64,000 nt of DNA. It comes from Anthoceros angustus (lineage: Eukaryota > Plantae > Anthocerotophyta). The stretch lies in contig MU008189.1 in assembly GCA_010909165.1 (NCBI GenBank), forward strand, positions 186,001 through 250,000, written 5' to 3'. Shown one piece after another: positions 60,641-64,000 of this stretch. Both the position numbers and the translations under genes were made by a program. Numbering within the stretch: the first letter of the stretch is position 1; each line of letters starts with the position of its first letter. The notes beneath the pieces are model-generated. The model did not search any database and was not told the DNA's origin. It worked only from the letters and a program-made list of their open reading frames with translations.

Positions 60641-61452
60641 GGAAGGAACCTGCAGAGACACTGGATTGAAATTAACAGCAGGTTGCACGACATCAGCTTG
60701 AGACAGAGGGTAAGGACAACGTCCGTGAAAATTCCCACAAAGTCATAAGCAAGCCTAGTGGCAGTATGCACGCAAATGCAGTTACTGATACACGGACACC
60801 TAATGAGATAGGATTCTCTTGGCCCTTGAGATAGGCGGCGGTTCCACCATTTTCAAACATGGACAGATGTACTTCCGATGACAGGAACATCCGCAACACC
60901 CAAACCAAGAAAGTTTGCAGGTTCTCCTCACCAGTATCCACACAGATTGCAATGGTTAGGTCTTGTCAGATTACCCTGGGCCGATTACAGAGATGCAGTC
61001 CCCTTCCAATCAACGTGATGTGTTCCTCATCGAAGTGCTGGAGCAAGTGCAGACTCTTCCTCGGTTGTCGAGAAGAGCAGACCGATGACTTAGGCAGTCA
61101 CTTGGCATGGTGATGTACTAATAGTGCTCTTCACTGGGTGCTCCGCAGGTACGCTTGCATGATAACACAGTTAAAGAGATTTGCCATCTTGCTTGTCACA
61201 AAACGTAGATATCCTGCTGCTAGCAAATATTTGTTCACCTCAACGATGAGGGCTATCCTGACGAGTTCCCTCGAATACTTGAAAGCCTGGACAACCGAAA
61301 AGGGATTTGGTCAGTTACATGGCTGAGCATCTACGGTACTGACTCTACAGCCACCACAAGACCTCACACTTACAAAGCAAGGCGAGAAGAAACTGCCAGC
61401 CATAGCTGCCACTTGTGGGCTCGTGAGACTTGTGTGCAAAATGAGCCAACTG

Positions 61453-63897
61453 TCAATGGTGATCGCCACAGGAACATAATCCATCCTTGAAGCGGTGAAC
61501 ACGATGCCCATCTCGCACGATGATTTCTCGCCTCTCAATTCGGGAAAGTACTTTTGTCCCCTTGTGGCAGTCATTGCACATCCGGAGGTTCTTTATGAGT
61601 CGCAAAGTAGTTCCTTCCTGGGTGTTTAGCAGGCCAGAGGCAACAGCTAGCTTCTCGGCATGTCCACACAGAGCATCTTCCTTCTCTTCCTTCAAGAGCA
61701 CATGGGCTTTGTGTTCGCCAGCCTGCTTGATAACGTTTCCCATATCCTGTTTCATCTGTGTGCTGAGACTCCTTAGCTTGGCCACTGCATCATCCATGCT
61801 TTCACCAACAGTAAATGCCTGCACCTTGTTGTTCACTTCAATCAGGGCATTTGCAGGCTTCTTCTCAGCGCCAGCACATACTCTCCGCTTCTCAATGCAA
61901 TCCACGTCCTCCCACCTGCCAGTCTCAGCATACATGCTTGACATAAGGACATAACCCGATGCATGTTGAGGCACATTTTGAATGAGCCAATTGTAGCCCA
62001 CCTCGGCTAAATTCATGTCGCCATGCATCTTGCAGCCAGCCAGGAAAGCATTCCAGCCAACACTGTTTTTTTCATGGGGCATAGTTTCCAGCAACTTTCT
62101 GGCTTCATCCAGATGTCCAAACCTGCACAAGATATCAACCATGCAGTTGTAGTGCTCAAGAGTCGGCACGACTGCATGCTCACGTTCCATGGATGTGAAG
62201 TAGCGCCAGCCCTCATTTACTAATCCAACATGACTGCATGCTGTCAGGAGGCAGGAAAATGTTGCCGAATCCGGCTTCACTCCATTGCGTTGCATCTCCT
62301 CAAAACATCGCACTGCCATGTGATAATTATTATGCTGGCCATACCCTTTCATAAGGGCATTCCACGTCACTACATTTTTGCATGCCAGTCCCTTGAACAC
62401 TCTGCAAGCATCTTCCAGGCTTCCGCATTTAGCATACATGTCCACCAGAGAAGTCCCGACACAAACATCTGCTCCAAGTCCTCTATCCAGGATATGTTCA
62501 TGAATTCTTTTACCCTCCTGCAACGCACCAGTGGCACCACAAGCGGTCAGGAGGCTCACGAATGTTACGCTATTGCCCAGGATATTATCCTCCTGCATCC
62601 TTTCATACAACATGAGGGCTTCCTGACCAAAACCCTGCTGAGCGTATGCTGAAATCATGGCACTCCAGGTCACCACGTTTCTACTCTTCAATCGGTCAAA
62701 CACCCAACCAGCATCTGCTAAACTCCCACATTTCGCATACATGTCCACCAAAGCACTTCCAACAAGCATACCTGCGTCCAGCCCTTGTTGACAGATGTGA
62801 GCATGAATTCGCCTACCTTCTTCCAAAGCTCCTAGGCCGGAACACACTTTCAGCATGCTCATAAATGTAGTTTGGTCTGGCTTCATTCCGAGCTCTTCCA
62901 TGCTGATGTAAACTTGAAGGGCTTCCGCATCAAGGCCATGCTGAGCACATCCTGCAATCATGGCATTACATGTAACTACATTCCTGTTCGGCAATCTGAG
63001 AAAAACGTTGCAAGCATCCTCCAGGCTTGAGCATTTCACATACATGTCCACCAACATGCTTCCAACACGTACATGAGCTTCAAGTCCATATTGGAGGACT
63101 TGGGTATGGATAAGCCTGCCCTCTTGTATTCTTCCTGCGCTTACACAAGCTTTCAGAATGCACACGAATGTAACATTGTCCGGTACAAGACAGCTGCGTA
63201 GCATGTGCACATACAGCTGGACAGCCTCCTCCACAAGTCCACGCTGGGAGTATCCTGCAATCATAACATTCCAGGTGACAACATCTTTGCTTGGCATACT
63301 CTCAAATACTCTAAGAGCATCCTCCACACTCCCACATTTGAAAAACATGTCCAACAGGCTGTTTCCAACAAAAACGTTGGACTCAAACCCACAACCCACA
63401 ACATCGGCATGGACAAGTTTGCCAGCCGCCAAATCAGCAGCACTCCCACAAGCTTTAAGGACTGATACAAATATGTAGTCATTTGGTTCGACAGAGGTTT
63501 GACGCATCTGCTGATACAGATATACAGCTAACTCTGCTTGTCCACGTTCACCGTAAGCTGATATTATAGACTCCCACATAAAAGTGTCGGGTGCAGGAAG
63601 TTTCTTGAAAGCCTCCATTGCTTCCAACAGATCCCCATTGAAAGCATACATCCGCACTACATGGTTGGCTAAAAATTTGTTCGGCTCGTACCCAATGTCC
63701 ACGATAAGGGCATGAACTTGCCTACCCACAAGCACATCTTTTCTAACAGTGCACTCCTTCAGAAGATGATACAGCAAGTCCGTTGGGACATACCATCCTC
63801 CCTTCCCCAAGCGGTCCACCACCTGAAGTTCGTCATGTATTTGAGCCTTTGCAGCACAATCACTCCTCTTCACCCTGCATGAATCCACTCGTGTCAC
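61453..63897 (-). CDS. PLS-class PPR protein with DYW:KP domain ending DHH; 5' start uncertain
   Basis: 814-codon open frame with PLS repeats, EKKPANALIE, HAEKLA, CNDC and CGDHH*. No in-frame ATG ahead of the PPR tract. Confidence 0.92.
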   Translation of the reverse strand: MTRVDSCRVKRSDCAAKAQIHDELQVVDRLGKGGWYVPTDLLYHLLKECTVRKDVLVGRQVHALIVDIGYEPNKFLANHVVRMYAFNGDLLEAMEAFKKLPAPDTFMWESIISAYGERGQAELAVYLYQQMRQTSVEPNDYIFVSVLKACGSAADLAAGKLVHADVVGCGFESNVFVGNSLLDMFFKCGSVEDALRVFESMPSKDVVTWNVMIAGYSQRGLVEEAVQLYVHMLRSCLVPDNVTFVCILKACVSAGRIQEGRLIHTQVLQYGLEAHVRVGSMLVDMYVKCSSLEDACNVFLRLPNRNVVTCNAMIAGCAQHGLDAEALQVYISMEELGMKPDQTTFMSMLKVCSGLGALEEGRRIHAHICQQGLDAGMLVGSALVDMYAKCGSLADAGWVFDRLKSRNVVTWSAMISAYAQQGFGQEALMLYERMQEDNILGNSVTFVSLLTACGATGALQEGKRIHEHILDRGLGADVCVGTSLVDMYAKCGSLEDACRVFKGLACKNVVTWNALMKGYGQHNNYHMAVRCFEEMQRNGVKPDSATFSCLLTACSHVGLVNEGWRYFTSMEREHAVVPTLEHYNCMVDILCRFGHLDEARKLLETMPHEKNSVGWNAFLAGCKMHGDMNLAEVGYNWLIQNVPQHASGYVLMSSMYAETGRWEDVDCIEKRRVCAGAEKKPANALIEVNNKVQAFTVGESMDDAVAKLRSLSTQMKQDMGNVIKQAGEHKAHVLLKEEKEDALCGHAEKLAVASGLLNTQEGTTLRLIKNLRMCNDCHKGTKVLSRIERREIIVRDGHRVHRFKDGLCSCGDHH

Positions 63898-64000
63898 CGA
63901 TGTGTCAACGGTTGAAGCAACGGGCTGGTCTTGGGCAAGCAGCAGCCACGAGATTCCATAAAGATGGCAAGGTTTTAGTCATCGCTCATGCAGTACCTGC

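Noticed and set aside
60950-61330. Further PPR remnant (AVTW-like peptide)
   Set aside because: Similarity is too short to support a call.

Overview
Plant nuclear DNA, most likely a hornwort (inferred from intronless PLS-class PPR genes ending in the DYW:KP 'DRH' variant). Genes: three PPR-DYW:KP candidate U-to-C RNA-editing factors (one cut by the window start, one with an N-terminal OSB-type PDF motif), tRNA-Cys(GCA) plus a decayed copy, an MBS1-like C2H2 zinc-finger gene and a BURP-domain gene. The middle is nested transposons. A 31.3-kb Athila/Tat-like Ty3/Gypsy element (10635-41926, TSD GAGAC) has ~5.3-kb LTRs, each holding a broken ~3-kb ORF and arrays of a 14-bp palindrome. Inside it is a second Ty3/Gypsy element (24731-36229), the most striking feature. 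Its pol carries a DNMT3-like C5-cytosine methyltransferase between protease and RT (tandemly duplicated here), a PHD finger after the integrase, and split terminal repeats (A...B-A-B). Also present: CRE-like non-LTR fragments and a Ty1/Copia remnant interrupted by a CACTA element. Repeat copies differ mostly by 1-3 nt indels, so many frameshifts may be consensus errors.
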